DNA of 64,000 nt from NCBI GenBank assembly GCA_951406725.2, contig OX597816.1, positions 102,486,001 through 102,550,000 on the forward strand, given 5' to 3'. The position numbers and the translations under genes are program-made. Numbering within the stretch: the stretch's first letter is position 1; each line of letters starts with the position of its first letter. The stretch is from Octopus vulgaris. Lineage: Eukaryota. Under the pieces are notes generated by a model that saw only the letters and a list, made by a program, of their open reading frames with translations, did no database searches and was not told where the DNA came from. Below are positions 1 to 11,409 of this stretch, in pieces.

Positions 1-175
1 AAAACTTCTTAACGCAACTGGAAATCCCTTGCAAGATTGATGGCTGGCAAAAAGCAGCTTTATTGGGCACAGCGCACATCTTAAGGAAAGTACTATCTGA
101 CTGAGGTCCTTGTTGTGACTTGACAGATAACTAAAGACTCCGGTGTATTTTTACCTACACTGTGTTACGAAGGAA
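1..175 (+). mobile_element. 3' end of an R4/Dong-like (RLE-type) non-LTR retrotransposon
   Basis: Frame 3 (3-104) reads NFLTQLEIPCKIDGWQKAALLGTAHILRKVLSD*, the typical QKxxLLGTAxILRKVL C-terminus; a short 3' UTR runs into an AAT/GAT repeat. Confidence 0.8.
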
Positions 176-177
176 TA

Positions 178-221
<44 letters not shown>

Positions 222-268
222 ATATATATATATATATATGTATATACATACATACATACATACATACA

Positions 269-300
<32 letters not shown>

Positions 301-380
301 GTATAAAGGATCGTGGGTAAGGCCAAAACAGTGCGAAGTGAATCATATATGTATATATATATACCCATGAATGTATGTAT

Positions 381-444
<64 letters not shown>

Positions 445-445
445 T
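176..445. repeat. Compound microsatellite (GAT)n/(TA)n/(TACA)n/(TAA)n
   Basis: Directly visible simple repeats; source of the spurious ORFs at 155-622. Confidence 0.97.
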
Positions 446-1096
446 TTGGCGGCATATTTTGGGAAAGAGAGAGAGAGAGCGAGAGAGCGGTAGAGATGGT
501 TGGTGTGACCGTAGTTCTTGAGTTATCGACCTTGGAAAGAGGAAAAGCAAAGTCAATCCCACTGAAACATAAAGAGATGTAACCAAATACTGCAAGTCAG
601 TTAATATGAATCTGCTAACCACTAATCCTAATCAGTTTATAATTTTAATTATAATGTTTATAATGTTATAATTATAATGTTTATAATATACATGTTTATG
701 CGGCGATATACATACATACATGCATGCATGCATACATACATACATACATAAATACATACATACATACATACATACATATTGACTGCTAGTAGAGATACTG
801 TGTTTCGTACCAATTATATTAAATTTTATAAGTATCCTACTTTATAATCGTACCAATTATATTCAATTTTATACTGTATCCTACTTTTTGTGTATTGGCT
901 TAAAAACTTTTATTATACTTCGTAGTATATTATGGTCACAAAACCAAAATACAGTCTCCCCTGAAGCAAGTAATATGTACGTACCAGTTAAACGGAATAA
1001 GCTTAATATGTTAATTGGTCTATCCAATATCGTTACACAGCTAAACGTAATGACTATTTAAGAAATGTATTCGTGGATGGTTAATGAGTTGGATTA

Positions 1097-1141
1097 GAGC
1101 TGAAGAGGGATCAATAACTCCTGAAATGTGCATATACACTC
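1097..1141 (+). ncRNA. Candidate degenerate type I hammerhead ribozyme
   Basis: CTGAAGA(1100-1106)-GGGA/TCCT stem II-GAAA-T GTGC A-TA; stem I (GAG/CTC) forms only if 4 nt (TACA) are looped out. Confidence 0.35.
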
Positions 1142-1615
1142 ATTATCTATTTTTCTATCTTCGATTGCATTGTTTACATAGACATATTCGTATACGAAAG
1201 GTTGTAACTTTCATTGCTGGCTCTCAATTCTATTGAAAATCTGTTGAGATAAAAGTGATACATACATATAAACATACATACATATGTGCATACATACAAA
1301 CATACATGCATGCCTGCATACATGCACATATAAATATCACGTTCCATAAAAATGTTTGGTTAATAAATCCCAGGTTGCATCATGCTGAAGACTTCTAAAA
1401 CAATGAAATAGTACTAGAACTTTGTAATTAGGTAAGCAAACAAACAAGAAAAAGGTAAATATGTTTATTCTAAGTACCTTTTCCCTCATAATTCCTTAAT
1501 TTCAAAAATCCAAATTTGTAATCCAGCCAGACATTATAAGAAATGATAATCTCCTTTTTTCTTTATCTCACTAGAGGATAACACATATATGTCTGAATAC
1601 ACACACACACACACA

Positions 1616-1647
<32 letters not shown>

Positions 1648-1923
1648 GATCGTAAAGACGGACGAAATGATGAAATACCGCTAAGCATATTGCTCGGCGT
1701 GTTAACGATTCGACCACCTGACCATCCTAGAATCAGTTTTGATATAAAGTCTCAGGATACACCACTCACGAAAAAAATTTGCCTGGTGTACATGGTAATA
1801 GTGTTTGCTTGTATATTGCTAGTATATTGTTCCTATGTTTTATATACTAAGGATCATGAACTTATAACCCTCATTATATGAATGTATGAATATTTGCTAT
1901 CTGTCTATATATGCGTACCTACA

Positions 1924-2111
<188 letters not shown>

Positions 2112-2134
2112 GCGTATGTTTGCATGCATGTATG

Positions 2135-3060
2135 TCTCTGCTATTTCTAAATTATAAATCTACCACTGAGGAGGGAGCCGGTTTCCAACAAAGAGACAAG
2201 GCTCCATCTTTGGAATGTAGTCAACATAGGCAAATTCACATTTGGAACTTGAGAAGAGTCTTGCATATTTTTACTGTTCTACTCACAGATTGCACTTGCA
2301 ATGTACGAATTGGCCGATCGATTTCTCTTCCTGAAAACCCCAGTTTATCCAGATTCTTCTTTAAGCATTTACTAACAAAACCTAGTGATCCAATTATTAT
2401 TGGTATGATTATGAATTCATAGTCTGTATATAGAAGCTGGCGGTTTCGAAGCAGTTGTCCAAAGATATCCTCTTTTTCTTTGATTTACAAAGAGATATTT
2501 ATATCTGCAGGGTAGCTGACCTCTATGACGGTACATACATTTGCCCCTCTGCTCCAAACGACAATATCCAGCCTGTTATGCTTATTTTTCACGGAGGTTT
2601 TGATGGGAATATTCCACCCGTATTTCTTGAGTTGGTGTTTATGATTGTATTCCATAACAGAGGGATTTTCTAAGTTTATTTCAGGACAGTCTTTCTTGAG
2701 GATGGCATTGTAAATGTTTTAGCGAGAAAATCGTGCCGCATAGGGAGATAATACCGTGACGACATTTTAGGACAGCTGCTAATCAAATGCGTGATGTCTT
2801 CCACAGAAACATGACATAGACTACACATGCGGTTGCACCTTGGGGTTACAAGAGTGTCACTGTCTCTCTTCTTCACCAGATACTTTGTGGCAATCTCCTG
2901 TTCCTGGATTGCAAACGCATAGCCTTCAAAGTGTGATATGATGTTTTGTCTTGTGTCCAAAAGAGGCTGCGCTTTGTGTCAATTCTACTGTCTTCTTCAA
3001 GCTTCCGGGTAACATACCCATGCATAGTCTTTTTTTGTATGCTGAGTGCTTTCCATCCAG
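2135..3060 (-). mobile_element. 5'-truncated R4/Dong-like retrotransposon (CCHC knuckle, RLE endonuclease, 3' UTR), frameshifted
   Basis: AIQEQEIATKY...CSLCHVSVEDITHLISSC...RHD, then WNIPIKTSVKNKHNRLDIVVW...VIEVSYPAD (PD..D/E nuclease); ends in a CATA/CATG repeat. Confidence 0.85.
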
Positions 3061-3084
3061 GTCTCTCTCTCTCTCTCTCTCTCA

Positions 3085-3132
<48 letters not shown>

Positions 3133-3221
3133 GCACGGACACACACATGCACGCACACATGTATATACGTCCCTCTAAGTTGGCAGTGACTTGAAGTTTC
3201 GCTTGTCCTATCAGTCTAGAT

Positions 3222-3446
3222 CAGGGGTGGGCAAACTACGGCCCGCGGGCCGCATGCGGCCCGCCATAGGTTTTCATGCGGCCCGCCGAGAGGAATATTT
3301 CACAAAATTTCCTTTCAATCAATTGTGTGTTTATAGGTCTATAACCGTCTTTAAAAATATTTTCACTTGATTTCTATAAATGAGGCCCGCCAAGGTTCCA
3401 AAGACGCACTGTGCGGCCCGCGATCAAAAAAGTTTGCCCACCCCTG
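3222..3446. mobile_element. hAT (Charlie-type) MITE, 225 bp
   Basis: Perfect 16-bp TIR CAGGGGTGGGCAAACT/AGTTTGCCCACCCCTG; perfect 8-bp TSD GTCTAGAT (3214-3221, 3447-3454); repeated subterminal GGCCCG motifs. Confidence 0.95.
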
Positions 3447-3572
3447 GTCTAGATGAACAAGCCGATGGAACGAAACTCGAAATCCTAGTCAACATAAAAT
3501 AATGAAATACATTCGACTCCGCTAAACGTATAGCTTCCCGCCATTAGTAACCGTTTCTATAGCAAAGGGGAC

Positions 3573-3607
<35 letters not shown>

Positions 3608-4318
3608 TGTATGTATGTATGTATGTATGTATGTATGTATGTATGTATGTATGTATGTATGTATGTATGTATCTATCTATCTGTCATACACACACACAAG
3701 CGTGTGTGCGTGCGCATATAAATATATATATATAAATGTGTATATATGTACATACATATTTAAATATATATATATATGCATCTGTATGTCTGTATATATG
3801 TACATATATACACTTATGCATGAAAGTGTGTATCAATATGCCAATATGCTTTGTGGTGTAACATATGTTTGCTAGCCACCCTTGTAGATTAGACACAAGG
3901 GAAGGTTGGGTGTGGTCGGCATGGTTACTATTTTCTTTGAAGTTGTGAAAGGTTACATTTTTGTGGGAAAGAGCGATACAAACACACACACACAACACAC
4001 ACACACACGTAATATAATAAAACACACACGCGTATATATATATATATATATATGGCTGCATATATGTATATATGTATATGTGTGTGTGTGTTTGTGTGCA
4101 TGTGTATATGCGTATGTTTGTGTGTTTCTGTGTGTGTATATAGATATACATACACACATATAAACACATATTTATGCATTTAATTAGCTACGTTATTCAC
4201 TTTTTGCGTCACTCTCCTCTTCCTTCACCCTCTCCCTCCCTCCATACGCACAGCTGCAGATACATATGCATTCACACACATGTGTGTGTGTGTGCGTGCG
4301 GTTATATGTATACAAAAA

Positions 4319-4357
<39 letters not shown>

Positions 4358-4578
4358 TTACAGTTATATATTTATATGTATGTATATATACATACGCTAC
4401 ACACATATACAAATCGGTATAAATTATATTAGTCATAATTTCAATTACAAAGGGGATCTAAAATAAATTTTATTCCCTCCAAACCCATTTGTCTCTCTCC
4501 CTCTTTATATTTCTCTCCCCTTTATTTCTCTTTCTTTTCACATTATAAATATATATATCCTTTATCTCTCAGCCCCTG

Positions 4579-4624
<46 letters not shown>

Positions 4625-4732
4625 TCTCTGTCACACAGTTTGTCAGTCACTGAGTTTCTTTACCTAACGATATATACTTCCCGCTTTATATATACATAAG
4701 CGTTATGGATGCATACATGCACATACGCTACA

Positions 4733-4788
<56 letters not shown>

Positions 4789-4812
4789 GTATGTATATAT
4801 GTATATACGTAT

Positions 4813-5025
4813 AGGAATGGCTGTGTGGTAAGTAGCTTGCTTATCAACCACATGGTTCTAGGTTCAGTCCCACTGCGTACCACCTTGGGCAAGTGTCTTC
4901 TATAGCCTCGTGCCTACCAAAGCCTTGTGAGTGAATTTGATAAACGGAAATTGAAAGAAGCCCGTCATATATATATATATATATATATTGATAAATATCA
5001 ATTTTTACCCTAAATTTAAAATTTA

Positions 5026-5090
<65 letters not shown>

Positions 5091-5290
5091 TGTATATATA
5101 TGTTCGTCTGTCTGTGTTTGTCCCCCACCAAGATCGCTTGATAACCGATGCTGGTGTGTTTACGTTCCCGTAATCTAGCGGTTCGGCAAAACAGACCGAT
5201 TGAATAAGTACTAGGGGTCGATTTTGCTCGACTAAAGGCGGTGATCCAGCATGGCCGCAGTCAAATGAATGAAACAAAAGAATAAAAGAA
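4813..5290 (+). mobile_element. tRNA-derived SINE family A (CORE-like centre, internal TA microsatellite, LINE-derived tail)
   Basis: A box TGGCTGTGTGG, B box GGTTCAGTCCC, CCTTGGGCAAGT segment; homologous copies at 22153, 27120, 37469 and 45720/47830. Confidence 0.85.
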
Positions 5291-5386
<96 letters not shown>

Positions 5387-5444
5387 TATATAGACACGTA
5401 CATACATACATACATACATACATACATGCATACATACATACATG

Positions 5445-5494
<50 letters not shown>

Positions 5495-5603
5495 CACATA
5501 TAAGAAGATATACTTGGAAACATACATACTCTGTTTGTCCTCGTCTCTCTGGCTCTATCAAATCGTTACATAATATTACTCGTATTATATTGTACAGATA
5601 TTC

Positions 5604-5644
<41 letters not shown>

Positions 5645-5802
5645 TATACCTTTATATATATATATAGTGTATATGTGTGTGTGAGTGTATGTGTGTGTGT
5701 GATATTTATGCGCACATCTATGACATATATAATCATATATTCAAATACTGCATATCTACACAATCTTTTCTTTGTCCTTCTCACATGCTCATTCCTCCCC
5801 GC

Positions 5803-5857
<55 letters not shown>

Positions 5858-6139
5858 CGAGTTAAGGTGAACGGATTATATTTGGTTGGTGTGTAAGAGG
5901 AGGAAAGCCGCATTAAGTACATATGCTGTGAGAGGAGAAAGATAGCTTTGATGTTAAAACAATTAATCGACATTCTTTTGATTAAATTTAAGCGCTGCCA
6001 TTAAATCTCCTCTTATGTTTATATTCAGGAGCCACTTCTATACTCTATATAGCTCCATATACCACTCCTTAATATCTTCCTAGGTCCAGTCTACTAACAG
6101 CCCTTCTCTCTGCGTCAGTCGTCCGCTCTTCTTTCTTTC

Positions 6140-6350
6140 TCATTCGCGCAAGGCCGGAACTTTCAGAGGATGGGGATTAGTCGATTACGTCAAGCAAGTG
6201 TTGAAGTGGTACTAATTTTATCTATCTCGAAAGGATGAAAGGCGAAGTCGACAGTGGTATTTGAACTCAGAACGTAAAGAGCCGGAAGAAATGCCACTAA
6301 GCATTTTATGTGATGCGCTAACGATTTCGCCTGTTAGCCGTCTATGCGCC
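6140..6350 (-). mobile_element. tRNA-derived SINE family B, degenerate
   Basis: Reverse complement carries GTTCTGAGTTCAAAT and GCCTTTCATCCTTTCG, as in the 23052-23442 copy. Confidence 0.7.
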
Positions 6351-6510
6351 AGCTCCTTCATAATGGCTTTTGATTTAGACCAATAGTTTTGAGAGAATGA
6401 GATTAGTCAATCCGATCGATCAGTATTTGACTGGTTCTTTATCCTATCAATCTCGAAAAGACGAAAGATACAGTTGACTTCAATGGTCTCTGTCTTCGAA
6501 TATCTTCCTA

Positions 6511-6764
6511 TTGGATTGGTGCGTAATTATTGTGGCTTTTTTTCAACAAATTTTATTCAACAAAAGCAATAACAATATTTAACAAAAAACATCTTTAAAT
6601 GGCGGTCTGACCGTCTGCCAAGCAAATAGGAAGCTGTAATTGAAGTAGATGGCGAATATGCTCCGGAATAATCTTTTAAAGATGTTTTTAACTCATGTTA
6701 TTGTTTTTGTTGAATAAAATTCGTTGAGAAAAAAAAAAGCCGCAATAATTTTGCACCAACCCAA
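6511..6764. mobile_element. Mariner-derived MITE
   Basis: ~60-bp imperfect TIR (TTGGATTGGTGCGTAATTATTGTGGC / GCCGCAATAATTTTGCACCAACCCAA), TA TSD, and an internal remnant of the transposase C-terminus (VIEVDGEYAPE*). Confidence 0.85.
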
Positions 6765-7078
6765 TATCATTGACAACCACTTTCGCTTATACGATAGTTT
6801 CTTTCACGTTCACAAATACTCACACTGTTGGATTGGCAAAATCAGCCAAGCGCAGGACAAAATGCCTTGTGGTAGTTTTACTAAGTCTTTATGTTACGAG
6901 TTCAAATCCTGTCGAGGTCACTTCGTTTTTCATTCTTTCGGAGTCGATAAAATAAAGTACCCATTGAAAAACTGGAGAAGATTTAATGGAATTACCTCGA
7001 TCTCTAAATTTCTGGCCTTATACGTCAATCAGAACGAATTTATTTACATTCAACACTCACATAGTCACTCATACACAG

Positions 7079-7109
<31 letters not shown>

Positions 7110-7268
7110 CATACATACATACATACATACATACATACATACATACATACATACATACCTACATACATACATGTGTCTCCTCGAGTTTGCCCACCAGTGA
7201 GCGGAGCGTTTTGATGCCACTGTAATAACCAACCGAAACTACTCGAGTTGTTTATGAGTTCAGGCTGC

Positions 7269-7344
<76 letters not shown>

Positions 7345-8254
7345 TATGGGCAAACCACGCCGTTTTTACACATGAGGCTAAATGTATGTTTATTAAACGT
7401 ATGTTAAGTTCTATTTACAGTTTATCTACACGCATAAACTTGCCTCATGACTTTAGTTCTGTTGATAGATTATAGCTTCATTATATATACACTGCTAAAG
7501 AATGTACTGACACATAAATGAATAAAATCCGTGCATGCTACACATAGCATTTTTCATAACACATCTCTGAAATGTCTGCTCGCTCAGTAGGACGAATCGG
7601 TGCTCACATTCATGATAATGTGCATGTGTTAGGATGAATTCTTGCCTGTTTTTGCAGAGAAAAGATAGGAACTATCGCTAAATTATGTTTCTATTCTAAA
7701 ACTGTGTGATACTACATTATTTTTTCCCCTTTCTTCTCTCTCCTTTTCGTCTCTTCCTATCTGATTTCTGATTTAAACTAAAGACGTCAGCTTGGAGAAT
7801 ATTATATTATCAATTAATTGAATATTTATTTTTCTGTAATTTCATGTTGAAAGTATACAACTACAGGATCAAGTTTGTCCGTAGACATGGAACCAGTGAG
7901 AAATATTAAATATTCAATGAATGATCAATATGATATCTTGAGTTACTTATGATTATACGTCTGAGAGAGGAAAAAAAAAACCCAAATAATTTTTACAGCT
8001 TCCTTCTCGTAAGTGAAAAATGGATGAACCAATAGTTGAACAGCTTATATAGAGACATATAGATTCTTTACATGATATAGCCTGTAATTAATCGCTCAAC
8101 CTACTGGAAACAAGAGTCCAACTCCTCAAATACATTCTACAATCTAAAAACAAACAAACAAACAAAAAAAAACATTAACAATGCAGTTCCTGATGATGAT
8201 TTGGTTACTGATCGAATGACATAGATCATACTCAATCAGGCGAGATCTAGGGTT

Positions 8255-9075
8255 TCACAGTATCTCGCCCCCACCCCAAAATTCACAAAGATTTACAAAC
8301 CAGTTTCATCACATCTACTAATGGTCCTGGCCCAGACAACATCCCAGTGGAACTTCTAAAACATAGTCGACTATTAAACACCAGTCTGTTCACATTGATT
8401 CTCCGAATGTGGAAGAACTGCCATGTCCCTAAAGACTTCTAAGATGCTGTTATTATCACCATTTTCAAAAAAAAAGAGATAGAAAGATCTGTGGGAACTA
8501 TCGTGGCATCTCACTGCTCTCCACTGCAGGGAAAATTTTTGCAAGACTCCTTCTGGATCGTCTCTAAACTATCGCAGAGGAAGTCCTGCCCGAATTACAA
8601 TGTGGATTTCGACCATCCAGAGGGATAACTGACATGATCTTTTGTGCTCGACGAATACAAGAAAAGAGTAGAGAACAACAAAACGTCTCTATTTTGTTTT
8701 ATACGACCTCGAAAAGGCCTTTGATACCGTGCCAAGGACTACAAACTGGAAGGTCCTACGACGTTTTGGCTGCCCACGCGACTCGCGAAGAGGGGTTTTA
8801 GAACAAAGATCTGAACCACAAAACAAAATTAAGTGTCTACCAAGCAGTCGTGATCTCCACTCTCCTCTACGGCTGTGAAACCTGGACTCTTAACCGAAGT
8901 GACGTCACAAAACTAGAGCGATTTCACCAACAGAAGCTCCGTTCTATTATGAATATTAAATGGTGAGAACGAAAAGCAGTAGCATCGAGGCTACCATCCT
9001 GAAACATCGTCTGAGATGGGCGGGTCACATAGCAAGAATGAAAGAAACCAGGCGGCCGCGTCAAATTTTATATGG
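8255..9075 (+). mobile_element. RTE-clade LINE reverse transcriptase relic with internal deletion
   Basis: GPDNIPVELLK, GNYRGISLLSTAGKIFA, QCGFRPSRG, DLEKAFDTV, then TLLYGCETW and LRWAGHIARM; stops and frameshifts present. Confidence 0.9.
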
Positions 9076-9609
9076 TGAACTTTCCCCCGGAAAAAAACTC
9101 CGTGGCTGAAAAAAAAAAAAAATCCACTGTAGAAGGAAAAAGAAACATCTCCTGGATAATAACCACGAAGAAAAAAAAAAAAACCACGAAAAATCCAGAC
9201 CACATCGTTGGATTAAGTATCACTTTCATCTTCTATTTCATATTTTGTTTATTATCCTATTTTATATAACCTAAGCCCACATCTCCGTTAAAGTCTACGA
9301 TCGCTATTTTTTTTTTTTTTTTTTTTTTTTTTGTTTGTTTACATTTCAATAACTGTCTCGAACTTGGCTTCAAAATTAAATAACCCTTTCTTCACACTTT
9401 AAAATATATATATATTTTAATATATTTTCACTCATTTTCTTTCTTTTTTTCCACCTTCCTTCTCTCCCCGTCTGTGTATATGTGTATGTGTGTGCACCTG
9501 TATGTATGTGTGTGTGCGTGTATGTATATATGTATGCGTATATATGCATGGACGTGAACTTTCACGAACTTTATATAGATAACTAATCTTTCCCCTCTTT
9601 CTTACCTCT

Positions 9610-10440
9610 TTCAGATACTCCATCTTCTAATTAGCCTTAAGATTAAATAACGTTTAATACTGTTTATTGTTAATAATTTTTCAGATACTCTATCTTCTAA
9701 TTAGCCTAAGAATAAACAACGTTTATTACCCACACTTTAACATCTAATTTTTTACCCACACTCTAATATCTTTCTAATTAGCCTTTTTACCCACATTTTA
9801 AATATTTGTTAATATATTTTCAGATACTCTATCCTCTAATTAGCCTTAAAATTAAATAACGTTTCACCCACACTTTAATATATTTTTGGATGCTCTACCT
9901 TCTAATTAGCCTCAAGATTAAATAACGATTATTACCCACACTTTAATATAATTGTAATATTGTTAACATATTTTCAGATACTCTATCCTCTAATTAGCCT
10001 TAAGATTAAATAACGTTTTACCCACACTTTAACTTTAACTTTTTCACCCACACTTTAATATATTTTTGGATGCTCTACCTTCTAATTAGCCTCAAGATTA
10101 AATAACGATTATTACCCACACTTTAATATAATTGTAATATTGTTAACATATTTTCAGATACTCTATCCTCTAATTAGCCTTAAGATTAAATAACGTTTTT
10201 ACCCACACTTTAACTTTTTCACCCACACTTTAATATATTTTTGAATACTCTACCTTCTAATTAGCCCCAAGATTAAATAACGATTATTACCCACACTTTA
10301 ATATAATTGTAATATTGTTAACATATTTTCAGATACTCTATCTCCTAATTAGCCTAAGATTAAATAACGTTTTTACCCACAAACTTTAATATTGTTAATA
10401 TTAATAATACTCTATCCCATAATTAGCCTTAAGATTAAAT
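9610..10440 (+). repeat. Tandem array of ~60-90 bp monomers with a ~175-180 bp higher-order period, directly upstream of ORF1
   Basis: 11 copies of TAATTAGCC (mostly within CAGATACTCTATC.TCTAATTAGCCTTAAGATTAAATAACG) interleaved with ACCCACACTTTAA; higher-order units start near 9862, 10042 and 10217. Confidence 0.92.
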
Positions 10441-10500
10441 ATCTTCTTGTCTTCTCTCGAACATAGTTAAATAGATAAACAAATAGACAGATCATCCAGC

Positions 10501-11409
10501 ATGTCCAGAGCATGGAGACCTGACGAGCTGGATTTATTCGTACAAGCATGGGAGTGCGCCGGCGGAGATAGCCCTAGCGAGGTGATTGCGGCTGCGCTGA
10601 AGAGCAGAGGCTACAAGAGGACAGCGGCTCAGATGGAGCGAAAGAGACGGGAATTCGTGCGCTCATATGCGCTTGTACGGTCGCACATTGGCGCACTTGA
10701 TGCCATCTTTGAGAACGAGCGAGGCAAAGATGACAAGAATGGAGACGATGAAAGAAGTCACCCCCACCTGGTGGATGCCCGGGAGGAGGTTTTGAATGAG
10801 AAACCTGCCCAGGAAGTGAACCCAGGTGCAATTTCTCCAACCGGCAGCAAAGGCCATGGAGACGGAGAACCCGGTGAAGAGGTAGAGGGAGGAGGAAGAA
10901 CTAAAAGAAGGGCTGGTAGAGCTAAAGGAAAAGCTCAAGCAGGACCAAAGGGTGAAAAAACCAGGAATAGAAGTGGAACCGCAAAAGATGGAAACGGACA
11001 GCGCACACAGGTGTGTAGGTTCTACCTGAGAGGTTCCTGCTGGCATGGAAAGGAAGGTGCAGGCTGCCGCTTTGCACATCGGAGACCCTGCCACAGAGAC
11101 ACGAGGCAGATGGACAAACCGTCAACACAAGGAAAAGGGATGGACCACGCACCACTTGCCCCAAAGCGGAGGTACGCAGATGTTGTGCGTGCCACAAACC
11201 ACCAACATGATGTTGTCGAAAGGGCAGCTGCTGAGCAACAATCTTTTTTGTGCATGGCACAAAAGATTGTACAGCAGCTGACCTGGCTTCATCAAACCCA
11301 AGCCCGCAGGTGGGACTACCCACTATATACCAGACCACCACCACAGCAAACAGACCCAGGATGGACACCACCGGCAACAGCGTACACCTCACCTCGATGC
11401 TCCTACTGA
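10501..11409 (+). CDS. LINE ORF1 protein, 302 aa: N-terminal trihelix/Myb-SANT-like domain, charged linker, CCCH zinc finger
   Basis: Intact ORF; WRPDELDLFVQAW...IAAALKSRGYKRTAAQMERK...Y...LDAIF; CRFYLRGSCWHGKEGAGCRFAH (C-x7-C-x8-C-x3-H, 11014-11079). Confidence 0.85.
   Translation: MSRAWRPDELDLFVQAWECAGGDSPSEVIAAALKSRGYKRTAAQMERKRREFVRSYALVRSHIGALDAIFENERGKDDKNGDDERSHPHLVDAREEVLNEKPAQEVNPGAISPTGSKGHGDGEPGEEVEGGGRTKRRAGRAKGKAQAGPKGEKTRNRSGTAKDGNGQRTQVCRFYLRGSCWHGKEGAGCRFAHRRPCHRDTRQMDKPSTQGKGMDHAPLAPKRRYADVVRATNHQHDVVERAAAEQQSFLCMAQKIVQQLTWLHQTQARRWDYPLYTRPPPQQTDPGWTPPATAYTSPRCSY

Noticed and set aside
9610-10440. Repeat array as a CRISPR locus
   Set aside because: The intervening sequences are themselves repeated rather than unique spacers, there are no cas genes, and the context is eukaryotic.
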